This document shows positions 10,542 through 19,861 of a stretch of DNA of 64,000 nt, piece by piece. The DNA comes from Chloroflexia bacterium. GTDB taxonomy: Bacteria; Chloroflexota; Chloroflexia; Thermomicrobiales; CADCWN01. Within the stretch, counting starts at the first letter, position 1, and each line of letters opens with the position of its first letter. Where the stretch lies: contig JBDHWF010000001.1 in NCBI GenBank assembly GCA_039810045.1, positions 846-64,845 of the forward strand. The letters run 5' to 3'. Made by a program: the position numbers and the translations under genes. A model generated the notes under the pieces. It was not told the DNA's origin. It ran no database searches and saw nothing but the letters and a program-made list of their open reading frames with translations.

Positions 10542-10961
10542 TTGCAGCAAACTCCCTATCTAGACCGATCGCTGATGACTGAATCACCAGGAATGGACGA
10601 CGTGCAGCTAGCAACAGTTGGTACTGAACAAGTCTGGTATTACCCATCAACCCGGGCAATGATTGCCCAGGAGCAGGCTGTAACCGACCTGCTTGGTGAG
10701 GCATTCAGTAATGGCGCGACGCTCGTGGCGCTGCCAGTCGACCGCCTCCCAGCGAACTTCTTTCAGCTTCGTAGCGGGCTAGCCGGGGCAATCAGCCAAA
10801 AATTTGTGACCTACCATCTGAAACTGGCGATCATCGGCAGTATTACGCTATATCTTGCTGAGAGCAGCGCCCTGCGTGACTGGGTGTTCGAGTGCAATCG
10901 TGGCAATGACCTCTGGTTCCTGCCCAACACCGCAGCCTTAGTCGCCCGCCTCACGGCCTAA
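10542..10961 (+). CDS. DUF4180 domain protein
   Basis: LLGEAF..GA..VALPVDRLP.NFFQLRSGLAGAISQKFV.Y.LKLAIIG...ALRDWVFECNRGNDLWFLP matches my memory of the DUF4180 family pattern. The start is uncertain (TTG 10542, ATG 10575 or ATG 10593). Confidence 0.65.
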   Translation: MQQTPYLDRSLMTESPGMDDVQLATVGTEQVWYYPSTRAMIAQEQAVTDLLGEAFSNGATLVALPVDRLPANFFQLRSGLAGAISQKFVTYHLKLAIIGSITLYLAESSALRDWVFECNRGNDLWFLPNTAALVARLTA

Positions 10962-10970
10962 CCTGACGAG

Positions 10971-12350
10971 TCAGTCCGGAGAAATTGCATTCCCACTCGC
11001 CCGCGCTAGGGGGCACTCAAAACACCGTCGCTGCTCGCAATAGTGGCGAAATAGGTGCAAGGCTCCCTGCTGTTGGCGGCCAGTTTTGAGTTTACGGGGC
11101 AAGCGCACCGCCAGTTGGTTTAACAACGCCGTGGTTGGCGCAGTGTCAGCAGCGGCAGGCGCGATCTCCCAGGTCGCGGCGGCACTACTGCTCAATCGCT
11201 CGTTGCCCGCCCACGCCCCATACGCCAGGACAAAAGGCACCAGAATATTATTGATGATTTCAGCGACCCGATCGGCACCGAGATAACGGCCCAGGGGGTC
11301 AACAGTTCGCGGCGCTCCGAAAAATAGCTCATGCCATTCAGCCAACGTTGTCGTTGGCTCTTCCGCTGTGGCTGGCTCCAATACTGCTGCGAGTAGTCCG
11401 CCAGCGCGGCAATGCGCCAGCAACGTTGCTGCGCCCAAGAGCCGTCGAACGGGGTGATTGGCAGGGCGCACACGCGCCAATTGCCACTGATCTTTGCCTA
11501 GCACCACCGCTGTCCACGGACCACCGTGTTCAGCCCAGGCCGCTTCAATCGCCACCTGATCAGCCGGGGTAAGGCCACCAAGCGCCGCCACACCTGACGC
11601 AAACGGCAACAAGCCAGCCACACCAAGCAATAATCCCGCTGCCGCAATAAACGCCGCCGAAGCGGATAGGCCAGCCAACCGTGCCTCGATTGCGGTGAGC
11701 GGTAAGGTCGCCGCCAGCGTACTCATTCCCGCCCGATTCTGACGATAACCAAGGGCTTCCAGCACCCCTGCATAGAGTATTTCGCCGGGCGCGGCCACCG
11801 TAAAGCGGGCCTCAAACGCCGCCGCCTTTGCCGTCAGCCGCGCATCGCCCGCCCGTTCCAGTACCCCGAGCAACGTAGCGGCGGTCAGCGGCTTGGCCGC
11901 TGCAACACATTGCTCACCGTTCATCGTGGCAAGCGTGGATACCAGCGGGTCAGCGGGTAATTGTTCCAGCGGCCCAGATAGGAACGGTCGTAGCACCAGC
12001 GTTGGCACCACCACGCCATCTTGGCGCTGGCATCGTTGCGCCAGGTGCTCACGATCAAGCACCACATGGAGGATCACCGCATTGTAGGCAGGGTTGAGGT
12101 GATGCCCATGAGCGCGCCAACCACCCTCTTGCAAGTGAATCTCAATATCACCCCGCCGTAACTCATTGCCAAAGGCGATCAGCGCACCACGGAAATCGGG
12201 GCCGAATCCAAACGTCCAGCGGCCCCGATAAACGACTGTCAGCGGCTGTCCGTCCGTCGTCTGCAACCGCGCAGCGTCAAACCAGCCCGCCTGCCAAGCG
12301 CGACTGACCGCCAATTCATTGCTTGCCGTTAATGGAGGCTGTTGTTCCAT
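10971..12350 (-). CDS. DUF2851 family protein
   Basis: GPDFRGALI...GDIEIHLQEGGWRAHGHHLNPAYNAVILHVVL block is typical of DUF2851. It starts 42 nt downstream of the binding-protein gene on the same strand. Confidence 0.6.
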   Translation of the reverse strand: MEQQPPLTASNELAVSRAWQAGWFDAARLQTTDGQPLTVVYRGRWTFGFGPDFRGALIAFGNELRRGDIEIHLQEGGWRAHGHHLNPAYNAVILHVVLDREHLAQRCQRQDGVVVPTLVLRPFLSGPLEQLPADPLVSTLATMNGEQCVAAAKPLTAATLLGVLERAGDARLTAKAAAFEARFTVAAPGEILYAGVLEALGYRQNRAGMSTLAATLPLTAIEARLAGLSASAAFIAAAGLLLGVAGLLPFASGVAALGGLTPADQVAIEAAWAEHGGPWTAVVLGKDQWQLARVRPANHPVRRLLGAATLLAHCRAGGLLAAVLEPATAEEPTTTLAEWHELFFGAPRTVDPLGRYLGADRVAEIINNILVPFVLAYGAWAGNERLSSSAAATWEIAPAAADTAPTTALLNQLAVRLPRKLKTGRQQQGALHLFRHYCEQRRCFECPLARASGNAISPD

Positions 12351-12392
12351 GCGGCGATTGTGCCAGGAAGCGTCCCCACCTGCAAACGGTGG

Positions 12393-13469
12393 TCAGCGTT
12401 GCGGCAAAAAGGCGTTGGAATAGGCTTCCTCAGCAGTGATCTTCGTGCCTAGGAAACCCAGCCGTTCCAGGAGATCACGCGAGGTGGCCCAGGCAGCAGG
12501 GTCACAATATCCCTGCCCATGCGCGGCGGTTTGCGCGCTTTCCATCAGTGGCAAAGTCGCCGCCAGCACCTGGCGCAGTTGGTCGCGCTTCTCTGCAGAG
12601 CCGGGAATCGTCGGAATCGATACCGTCACAGCTTCGTCAGGATTGGCAATCGTCGCCTCTTGTCCCCGCAAGAAGGCCCGCACCACCGCCCGCACCAGCT
12701 CGGGGTCTTCACGCTGAGTTTTCTCGTCGGTGATCAGGCCGTTCGATACCAGATTGACCTGATCAAAAACGTTGATCGTGGTAATCGCCTGCCCCAGGCC
12801 GCGCAATTGAATCGGTTCGTTATTGGTATAGCCCATCACCGCTTCAACCTGCCCTTGTGTCAGGGCTTGCACCTGATTGAACCCAACCTCGCGTAGCTGC
12901 ACATCCGACTCTTTCAGCCCCGCACTATCGAGCAACGCCAGCAGCCCGGTATACGTTGCGCCAAATCTCCCAGGCACCCCAATCACCCGCCCCTTCAGGT
13001 CAGCCACGGTATGAATATTCGCCTTTTCCAGGGCGATCACCGAGACGGGGTATTTCTGATACCAGCTTGCGACAAAGACAAGGGGTACGCCTTGCGACCG
13101 GGCCACCATCACCTCATCGCCACCAGCAACGCCAAAGTGCAACGCGCCAGTGCCGAGCAATTTGAGGACATCAGTCTCAAATCCCTGCTTGAATTCGACA
13201 TCAAACCCTTCGTCACGGAAGAAGCCACGTTCCTTCGCCACATAGAATGGAGCAAACTGAATATCGGGGATATAGCCCAGCCCAATCGTCAGCTTCCGCA
13301 GTTGCCCGGTCGTTCGCGATGGTGTCGCCGCCACAGCCGTGCCAGCGGCGCTGCTTGGTGCTGCACTTCCTGGCGCGGCACTGCCCGTAGTTGGTGTTGC
13401 CGTTGCGCCACACCCCACTACTGCCAGCAACACCGCCAGCAGACTGATCGCCCGACTCAAACGCCCCAT
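12393..13469 (-). CDS. ribY: ABC transporter substrate-binding lipoprotein, NMT1/THI5-like (RibY-type, predicted riboflavin binding)
   Basis: Start is ATG 13469 (GGAGAAGGAGGA upstream), giving the lipoprotein signal MGRLSRAISLLAVLLAVVGCG and an Ala/Pro/Ser linker. The body resembles the NitT/TauT/ThiY type. It is the second gene behind an FMN riboswitch. The 526-aa ORF-track version is a spurious extension over ribX. Confidence 0.7.
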   Translation of the reverse strand: MGRLSRAISLLAVLLAVVGCGATATPTTGSAAPGSAAPSSAAGTAVAATPSRTTGQLRKLTIGLGYIPDIQFAPFYVAKERGFFRDEGFDVEFKQGFETDVLKLLGTGALHFGVAGGDEVMVARSQGVPLVFVASWYQKYPVSVIALEKANIHTVADLKGRVIGVPGRFGATYTGLLALLDSAGLKESDVQLREVGFNQVQALTQGQVEAVMGYTNNEPIQLRGLGQAITTINVFDQVNLVSNGLITDEKTQREDPELVRAVVRAFLRGQEATIANPDEAVTVSIPTIPGSAEKRDQLRQVLAATLPLMESAQTAAHGQGYCDPAAWATSRDLLERLGFLGTKITAEEAYSNAFLPQR

Positions 13470-13486
13470 ACCTGTCCTCCTTCTCC

Positions 13487-14344
13487 TTACCACCGCACCA
13501 GCAGCCGCTCTAACAGCACGACCGACCCATAGGCCACCATCGCAATTGCCGCCAGCGTGATCAGCGCGACAAAGAGCAATGGCGTATCGAATAACCCCCG
13601 CGAGATATTCAGCAAGAGCCCCAACCCGCGATCCGCGCCCATGAACTCCGCAACCGTCGCCCCCGTTACCGCCAGGGTGAAGCCGATCCGCGTTCCACCA
13701 AGAATGGTTGGTAACGCCAATGGCAACTCCACGTAGCGGAACGTTTGCCAGCGATTCGCTCCATACACCTGCGCGACCTCCCGCAAGGCTGGGTCGATCC
13801 GCCGCAGCCCCCCAATCGTATTGATCAGCATTGGAAAGAAGACCACAATCGCCGCTACCACCACTTTGGGCAGGAGGCCAAACCCCAGCCAGAGGAGCAA
13901 GATCGGCGCAATCGCAATCACGGGCAGGGCCTGACTCGCCGCAATATACGGCGACAGCAAATGTTCGAGCCACGGCTGATGCGCCAGCAAATACCCCAAC
14001 CCTGAGGCCACCAGAAAGCCCAGGGCAAAGCCCAGCGCACTCTCAACCAGCGTTGTGCTGGTGTGTAGCCACCAGGTGCCATCAGCCAACGCAGTCACGA
14101 ACCGCGCAGCAACCCGCCCCGGTGGCGGCAAGATAAACGGCGGGATCTGCCGCGCCGTCACCAACCATTGCCAACCGAGCAAGCCCAACCCAAGCGACAG
14201 GACAACAAACAGCCAGTTTGGCACCACCCGCCGTTGTCGCGTACTCCGATCAGGCGGTGGAACTGAATCCACGTCCGTTAACGATGTCTGGCCTGATCGG
14301 GTAGCGCCAAAAATCACCAAGAACCTCGCTTGTCTTGACAGCAT
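13487..14344 (-). CDS. ribX: ABC transporter permease, NitT/TauT family (RibX-type)
   Basis: Polytopic, with the EAA-loop region REVAQVYGANRWQTFRYVELPLALP. It is the first gene after the FMN riboswitch and terminator. Confidence 0.7.
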   Translation of the reverse strand: MLSRQARFLVIFGATRSGQTSLTDVDSVPPPDRSTRQRRVVPNWLFVVLSLGLGLLGWQWLVTARQIPPFILPPPGRVAARFVTALADGTWWLHTSTTLVESALGFALGFLVASGLGYLLAHQPWLEHLLSPYIAASQALPVIAIAPILLLWLGFGLLPKVVVAAIVVFFPMLINTIGGLRRIDPALREVAQVYGANRWQTFRYVELPLALPTILGGTRIGFTLAVTGATVAEFMGADRGLGLLLNISRGLFDTPLLFVALITLAAIAMVAYGSVVLLERLLVRW

Positions 14345-14363
14345 CCACCGCTGCCGCAGGCAA

Positions 14364-14397
14364 CAAAAAAACCCGAAGGTTTACAAACCTTCGGGGT
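14364..14397 (-). terminator. FMN-riboswitch expression-platform terminator
   Basis: Minus strand reads ACCCCGAAGGTTT-GTA-AACCTTCGGG + TTTTTTTG. Its 5' arm CCCCGAAGGT is complementary to ACCTTCGGGG in the riboswitch P1 5' strand, which is anti-terminator logic. Confidence 0.8.
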
Positions 14398-14484
14398 AAA
14401 CGCCATCAGCAGCACGCAAGGCCAGCACTGCCAACGTTACCCAATGGCAACGCCAACAGCGCCGGCACACACAACGTGTTACCG

Positions 14485-14618
14485 GGCGACCTTCTCCCAT
14501 CCGGACTCTACCGTCGGCCCCGGTTTCTCACCGGGTCAGCCGCATCGCGGCTCGCGGGCTTGGTATCACAGCGACACCTTACCGCCGGTCGGGAATTACA
14601 CCCTGCCCCGAAGGTCAC
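14485..14618 (-). promoter_or_regulatory. FMN riboswitch (RFN element)
   Basis: Minus strand reads GTGACCTTCGGGGCAGGGTGTAATTCCCGACCGGCGGTA...AGCCCGCGAGCC...CCGGTGAGAAACCGGGGCCGACGGTAGAGTCCGGATGGGAGAAGGTCGCC. All RFN conserved blocks are present, with a P1 helix of GACCTTC/GAAGGTC. Confidence 0.93.
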
Positions 14619-14623
14619 TACTA

Positions 14624-14652
14624 ACTGTACGCGCCAGATTCATTGTTGTCAA
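14624..14652 (-). promoter_or_regulatory. sigma70-type promoter driving the FMN riboswitch
   Basis: Minus strand reads TTGACA-17 nt-TACAGT, ending about 6 nt before the riboswitch. Confidence 0.6.
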
Positions 14653-14675
14653 TTCTTTGCATCGACCCCCTAACC

Positions 14676-14704
14676 TTGTCAAAAAATTGCCCAGATGATA
14701 CTAT
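14676..14704 (+). promoter_or_regulatory. divergent sigma70-type promoter
   Basis: TTGTCA-17 nt-TACTAT upstream of the membrane-protein gene. Confidence 0.5.
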
Positions 14705-14732
14705 GCGCCCAGGCATAGTACTGGGTGAGCAA

Positions 14733-15551
14733 ATGGCAACGATGGTCAACACACAATCCCCCCCGCCCCTTAGCAGGAAGTGGTGGTTCCGTGTGTTGAT
14801 TTTCGGCTTGTTTCTCCTAATCCCACCCTATTCACAACTCGCGGCCCCAAACTCTACCAGCATTGACATCATCACCCGCACCCTGGCAGACCCTCTCGCT
14901 CACGCGATTCCCTGGCTACTCCCGGTTGCCAAGGTGCTATTAGTGCTTTTTGGAATTATCCTGCCCCTGGTTGTGCCACAGCAGCTATCTGGCCGCGTCT
15001 TACTTGGCTACTATGCAGCCATCATCGTGCTGATCAGTATCTTTCAGAACACAGCGCGCACCGATCTCTTTGGCTTCACCTGGCTAATTGGCAACACCGT
15101 GGTTCAACTGATCGTGGTGGCCTGTTGTCTGGCCGACCTGTTCAGGAATCGCACAATCCTTGATCACGCATCATTCAGACGCGAGCGACTCTGGCTCGTT
15201 ATCCCCATCCTCCTGGCCCTGCTGATGCCGTATATCACTGATAGTAATTCGCAGGTAGTACCCTCGCTACGCAGTATTTTTGTGAATGAGGCAGGCGTCA
15301 CCTATTGCATGGTCACACCAATCATCATTGGGCTCCTGCTACTGTTCCCCGCTGGCGTCTATAAACCAACCTTATCCATTGTGTCATTTGTCGCGTTACT
15401 CTTTGCAATCGTCAATATGCTGGTCTGGTTTGTGCTGGATCAAGCGAATTGGTGGATGGGTGTCTTGCACCTCCCGCTGCTGATTACGGGAGTGTATGGG
15501 CTAATTGAGGGACGCAGGCCAAAATCTCAGGCGGCGATCAGCGGCCAATAA
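14733..15551 (+). CDS. hypothetical polytopic membrane protein
   Basis: About 8 hydrophobic segments. ATG 14733 was chosen because earlier in-frame starts overlap the predicted promoter. I recognise no family. Confidence 0.5.
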   Translation: MATMVNTQSPPPLSRKWWFRVLIFGLFLLIPPYSQLAAPNSTSIDIITRTLADPLAHAIPWLLPVAKVLLVLFGIILPLVVPQQLSGRVLLGYYAAIIVLISIFQNTARTDLFGFTWLIGNTVVQLIVVACCLADLFRNRTILDHASFRRERLWLVIPILLALLMPYITDSNSQVVPSLRSIFVNEAGVTYCMVTPIIIGLLLLFPAGVYKPTLSIVSFVALLFAIVNMLVWFVLDQANWWMGVLHLPLLITGVYGLIEGRRPKSQAAISGQ

Positions 15552-15711
15552 GCACACCCTACCGTGTTCACTGCGCCAAACTGCAACTAGCAGAGCAACC
15601 TGCCCCAATAACTGGTCGCCTAGCGCAACAATCAGCGGCGCAGTATACTTCTTTCCACAATCAACCAAGCGTCTCAACTGTAATTGAACACGAGGAGAAG
15701 GAGTCGCACCT

Positions 15712-17481
15712 GTGATGCGGTTTCGTTCGTTGCCCCGGTTGATCCTGATCTGGTCGCTGAGTATCGCCATTCTCAGTGTTGCACACCCCGCCGCAGTTCG
15801 CGCAGATAACGGCACCCAGGTTTCCAACACAGCCCACGCAAACCTCAGCGCAATGGCGCTCAGCCCCGATGGTGGCCGGGTCTACCTGATCTGGTACGAC
15901 TTCCTCAATGCCCAGGAAGAAGGCTTGGGCGAAGTCTATTTTCGCTACTATGATGGTGGTGGCTGGCACCCCGCGTTAGATCAAGCAGCGATCAATATCT
16001 CCTCCAGTCCCGGCACCCACAGTGAGCAACCAACGATCGCCGTTGATACGAATGGCGGGATTCATGTCGCCTGGGGCGAAGGTCGCCCGCGGAACATTCT
16101 TGAACGATACCTGCCACCAGGAGCTGACCCCGCCAATCCCGCTGCCTGGAGTGGCACCACTCTCGTCAGTAACGAAGAAGATGTGCAAAATCCGAATATG
16201 GCTGCCGATAATGCAGGCGGAGTCTGGATCGTCTACACCACGCACGCCACTGGCAACTACGAAATCTTCGCCCGCCACCGCTCGCCCAATGGCTGGGAAG
16301 GCTCGCAGAATGTTTCGCGTGCTGGTGGGCGCGGCGGCTTTGTCGGGAAGGTCGCCGTTGATCCCAGTGGCGTTGTCAGCGTCCTCTGGTGGGAGCGTGG
16401 TTCGCTGCGGTATTCTGCCCGTACGAGTGACTGGCAAAGTGTCGAAACAGTTGCCCCTTCGGTCACACAACAGAGCGGCATTACTGTTGAGACATCTGGG
16501 CGAATCCACGTGATCTACACCGAATCATTTGGAGAGAACGATACCGACCGCCGGATTGCCTATCGCACCAGGGCCGGCTGGAATGCGCCCTGGTCCAATG
16601 TCGAGATTCTCTCCGACAACGGCAATATGCTTGAACCACGCATTGCCTGGGCCAACGGGCGGATTGTTGCCACCTGGAATGATCGGTCGAGCGGGCCAGC
16701 CAAAATCTTTGTCATGCAAAACTTCGGCACTGGTTGGCGCGACCGGCAGGCCTGGACGGATGGCTTCAAGGCATTCTCACCGTGGATTGTCGAGCGGGCA
16801 GACACTGTCGCCTACATCTGCTTCCGCAATGCCGACACCGACCAGATCCATTTCTCGATCTACACCCAGAATAGCGGCAACCCTGGCCCACCCGCGCCCC
16901 CACCACCGAGCAATAATCCGGCGCAGGGGGTCGACCCAGCGCCAAACGCCAGCTACTTCGCGGAAACTCGCCACAACCTTGGTGGAGCCTTCCGTAATTA
17001 CTGGCTCGCCAACGGCGGATTAGCCCGTTTCGGTTTACCCCTCACGGAGGAGTTTACTGAAGTGAGCCCCGACGACGGCAAAGAGTATACGGTGCAATAT
17101 TTTGAGCGGGCACGGTTTGAATACCACCCTGAATATGCAGGCACTCCGAACGATGTTCTCCTTGGGCGCCTGGGGTTGCGGCAACACGCCCTTGATGGCC
17201 CAACTACCCCCATTATTGGCGCAACCTACTTTGAGCAAACGGGGCATAATCTCGGTGGTGCCTTCCGCGAATACTGGCTGACGAATGGCGGCCTCGCGAT
17301 CTTTGGCCTGCCAATCACCGAGGAGTTCACCGAAGTCGGCAGCGATGGGAAACCGTACACCGTGCAATACTTTGAGCGGAACCGCTTCGAATTCCACCCA
17401 GAAAATGCTGCCCCCTACGACGTGTTGCTTGGCCTCCTGGGGCGACAAGAATTGATCAGTCGCGGCTGGATTCAGCCCTAA
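15712..17481 (+). CDS. secreted protein: beta-propeller-like N-terminal region plus two C-terminal LGFP-like repeats
   Basis: Signal peptide MMRFRSLPRLILIWSLSIAILSVAHPAAVRA. The SD is GGAGAAGGAG. A Pro-rich linker (PGPPAPPPPSNNP) is followed by a duplicated ~77-aa module. Confidence 0.6.
   Translation: MMRFRSLPRLILIWSLSIAILSVAHPAAVRADNGTQVSNTAHANLSAMALSPDGGRVYLIWYDFLNAQEEGLGEVYFRYYDGGGWHPALDQAAINISSSPGTHSEQPTIAVDTNGGIHVAWGEGRPRNILERYLPPGADPANPAAWSGTTLVSNEEDVQNPNMAADNAGGVWIVYTTHATGNYEIFARHRSPNGWEGSQNVSRAGGRGGFVGKVAVDPSGVVSVLWWERGSLRYSARTSDWQSVETVAPSVTQQSGITVETSGRIHVIYTESFGENDTDRRIAYRTRAGWNAPWSNVEILSDNGNMLEPRIAWANGRIVATWNDRSSGPAKIFVMQNFGTGWRDRQAWTDGFKAFSPWIVERADTVAYICFRNADTDQIHFSIYTQNSGNPGPPAPPPPSNNPAQGVDPAPNASYFAETRHNLGGAFRNYWLANGGLARFGLPLTEEFTEVSPDDGKEYTVQYFERARFEYHPEYAGTPNDVLLGRLGLRQHALDGPTTPIIGATYFEQTGHNLGGAFREYWLTNGGLAIFGLPITEEFTEVGSDGKPYTVQYFERNRFEFHPENAAPYDVLLGLLGRQELISRGWIQP
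16948..17448 (+). repeat. tandem duplication of an LGFP-like module inside the CDS (16948-17184 and 17221-17448)
   Basis: ASYFAETRHNLGGAFRNYWLANGGLARFGLPLTEEFTEV...YTVQYFERARFEYHPE aligns with ATYFEQTGHNLGGAFREYWLTNGGLAIFGLPITEEFTEV...YTVQYFERNRFEFHPE. Confidence 0.7.
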
Positions 17482-17610
17482 CAATAGCGGCAGCTACGCT
17501 CCCACCCACGTCCTCAGCAACGGCTCATTGTTGCTGGGGGCGTGACATTGCTCAGGTTCGCTCGGTATACTCCCGCTACGATTGACGACGTTCAGGAGCG
17601 CAGGAGCAGG

Positions 17611-19848
17611 ATGGCGGGCACAGCCAAAGCGACAAAGCAGCGCGTACGCCGTCGTAAACGCCCGCAGCAACCGTGGCGACGCTGGGGGCGACGACTTCGC
17701 GAGGAAGTCTGGACCACCACGCCACCCAGCGTCGAAACAGCAGCACCGCGCTCATGGGTCACTCGCTGTCGGCAGCACCTGTTACCGCTGGGTCTCTATG
17801 GTCTGATGGCCCTGGTCGCTACCTATCCGCTCGTGCTGCACTTTACTACGCACATTCCCAGCGATGGCGGCGACGGACTGATGAACTATTGGGGCTTTTG
17901 GTGGCTGCGTGAAGCCCTGGGCAGCTTCCACAATCCCTTCAGCACCCCGATGGTCTATGCCCCCTACGGTGCGCCCCTGTACTTGCACACGCTCAACCCA
18001 CTGAATGGCCTGATCAGCCTGCCAGCACAACCCCTGGGCCTGACACCCGCCTATAACGTCGTCATCCTCGTTTCGCTGATACTCGATGGGTATTTCGCTT
18101 ACCTGCTGATCACCCACATTACTGGACAGCGGGTGGCGGGATTTGTTGGCGGCACGGCCTATGCCTTCAGCGCTTACCACCTGATGCACCTACTGGGGCA
18201 CACCAACCTCCTGTCATCACAGTGGCTGCCAGCCTACCTGCTCTGTCTCCTCCGCACGCTGGAAACGACCGGGAGAAGGCGTACGGGCTACCTCGTACTG
18301 GCCGTTGCCGCCATGCTCGCCCTCACCCTCACTGACTGGCTTTACGTCGTTTTTGCCATTTTGCTGACGGTGCTGGTGCTGCTCTGGTTTGTGGTCAGCC
18401 GTCGCTCAATCACCCCATTATTGCTTGGGGCCATTGTCGGGCTGGCGTGGGCAACCCTGACTGCACCACTCCTGCTCGCCACCGCTGCCGAAGTCCGCAG
18501 CGGGATCACTGATCTTCCAAGCTACGGCACCATCCGCAACTACTCCGCCGATCTCCTCTCATTCATCTTACCCAGCACGCGCCACTGGCTGGTTGGGTCA
18601 CTCACCAGCAAAGTTGCGCGCTACAGTGCAGCACCATTCGTCGAGGGCGATGTCTTTCTGGGCTTTATTCCCCTCATTCTGACACCGATTGCAATCTGGT
18701 ACTGGCGCAAAAAGGCAGTACTGTGGCTGCTGATCGCCACCTTCTTCACGGTTCTCGCGCTCGGCCCAGTTTTGCATATCGATGGCCGCTGGCAGTTTGG
18801 CGCAACCAACTGGGAAATGCCCTTACCGTATCGGCTGCTGATGGATCTCCCCGGTCTCAGCGTCGTCCGCACACCAGTACGCATGGCACTCGGCGGCACG
18901 CTGGGATTGGCCGTGCTGACTGGGCTGGGGGTAGTCGCACTCCAACGGCGTTGGACACGGCTCGCGCACGGATCCGGCCAACTGATTCTCGCGGCGGGGT
19001 TGGTCACCCTGCTCCTCGCCGAGCAACTGACGATCCCATTCCCACTGGAATCAACTGCAGTATCGAACTTTTACCAGCAACTCGCGACGAGCGCGGAGTC
19101 GGGAGCAATCATTGAACTCCCAATCTCTTACAAACGCGCACGCTCTGACCTCTACCAGACGGTGCATGGTCGCCCGATTGTTGGGGGCTATATCGCCCGT
19201 CGGCTCGATTATCCCTATCGCGCCCTCCTACCTGTAGGGGGTTATCCCCCGGCCCCGTTCGATATCTTCGCCCGCCAGACAGCGCCCGAAGTCGCGCCAC
19301 TCGCCCTAGCGTGGGGCAATATCCGCTGGATCGTGGTGTATCCCAAAGACCCCAACTATGATGAGTATGGGATCAACCGTTTCCTGGCACTGACAGCGGA
19401 AGGTGGGCCGATCTACGAAGATGATGAGCTACGCGTCTATCGGCCACGTCCTGCTGTGGGCGATGGAGCAGCGCTCTCGCTGGGTGATGGCTGGTACGAC
19501 CTGGAACGGCTCTCGGATGGGAAGACCGATATTCGCTGGATGGCCCCACAGGCGCAGTTCTTCGCTTGGTACTTTGGCGCACCATCCGGGTCATTTGCCC
19601 TGCGCTTCGACGCGATCAGCTTCAACAATCCCCGCCGACTCGAAGTGCTGCTTGATGGACAATCGCTTGGGCAGTGGCGCGTGACCGAAACCCAGCGCTT
19701 TGATATTCCGCTCACCCTCAGCGCGGGCCAGCACACGATCACTCTGCGCGCCCTTGATCCACCAGTCACACCCGCCAGTATTGGCCTCAACCAGCGAGAT
19801 TCCCGCCCGCTCACCTTCGCCATCAGCAACGTCTACCTACAGCGCTAG
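17611..19848 (+). CDS. large polytopic membrane protein, GT-C-like putative glycosyltransferase with a C-terminal extracytoplasmic domain
   Basis: A basic N-terminus is followed by more than 10 TM segments and about 230 aa of soluble C-terminus. ATG 17611 follows AGGAGCAGG. The family assignment is tentative. Confidence 0.45.
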   Translation: MAGTAKATKQRVRRRKRPQQPWRRWGRRLREEVWTTTPPSVETAAPRSWVTRCRQHLLPLGLYGLMALVATYPLVLHFTTHIPSDGGDGLMNYWGFWWLREALGSFHNPFSTPMVYAPYGAPLYLHTLNPLNGLISLPAQPLGLTPAYNVVILVSLILDGYFAYLLITHITGQRVAGFVGGTAYAFSAYHLMHLLGHTNLLSSQWLPAYLLCLLRTLETTGRRRTGYLVLAVAAMLALTLTDWLYVVFAILLTVLVLLWFVVSRRSITPLLLGAIVGLAWATLTAPLLLATAAEVRSGITDLPSYGTIRNYSADLLSFILPSTRHWLVGSLTSKVARYSAAPFVEGDVFLGFIPLILTPIAIWYWRKKAVLWLLIATFFTVLALGPVLHIDGRWQFGATNWEMPLPYRLLMDLPGLSVVRTPVRMALGGTLGLAVLTGLGVVALQRRWTRLAHGSGQLILAAGLVTLLLAEQLTIPFPLESTAVSNFYQQLATSAESGAIIELPISYKRARSDLYQTVHGRPIVGGYIARRLDYPYRALLPVGGYPPAPFDIFARQTAPEVAPLALAWGNIRWIVVYPKDPNYDEYGINRFLALTAEGGPIYEDDELRVYRPRPAVGDGAALSLGDGWYDLERLSDGKTDIRWMAPQAQFFAWYFGAPSGSFALRFDAISFNNPRRLEVLLDGQSLGQWRVTETQRFDIPLTLSAGQHTITLRALDPPVTPASIGLNQRDSRPLTFAISNVYLQR

Positions 19849-19861
19849 GAAGACCAGGCCG

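Noticed and set aside
13470-13973. N-terminal 168-aa extension of the binding-protein ORF (526-aa version in the ORF track).
   Set aside because: It overlaps the permease gene in another frame. ATG 13469 has a strong SD and yields a canonical lipoprotein signal peptide.
14485-14618. First impression that this leader was a cobalamin, TPP or guanidine-I (ykkC) riboswitch, because NMT1/THI5-like ABC systems are often under TPP or ykkC control and GGTG.AA.TCC looks B12-like.
   Set aside because: The ordered blocks GGGGCAGGGTG.AATTCCCGACCGGCGGTA, AGCCCGCGAGC, GCCGACGGT and AGTCCGGATGGGAGAAGG are the RFN (FMN) signature. There is no CTGAGA/ACCTGATCTGGATAATGCCAGCG (TPP) block, no B12 box and no ACGR-GGGA-AAAGCCCGGGAGA (ykkC) block.
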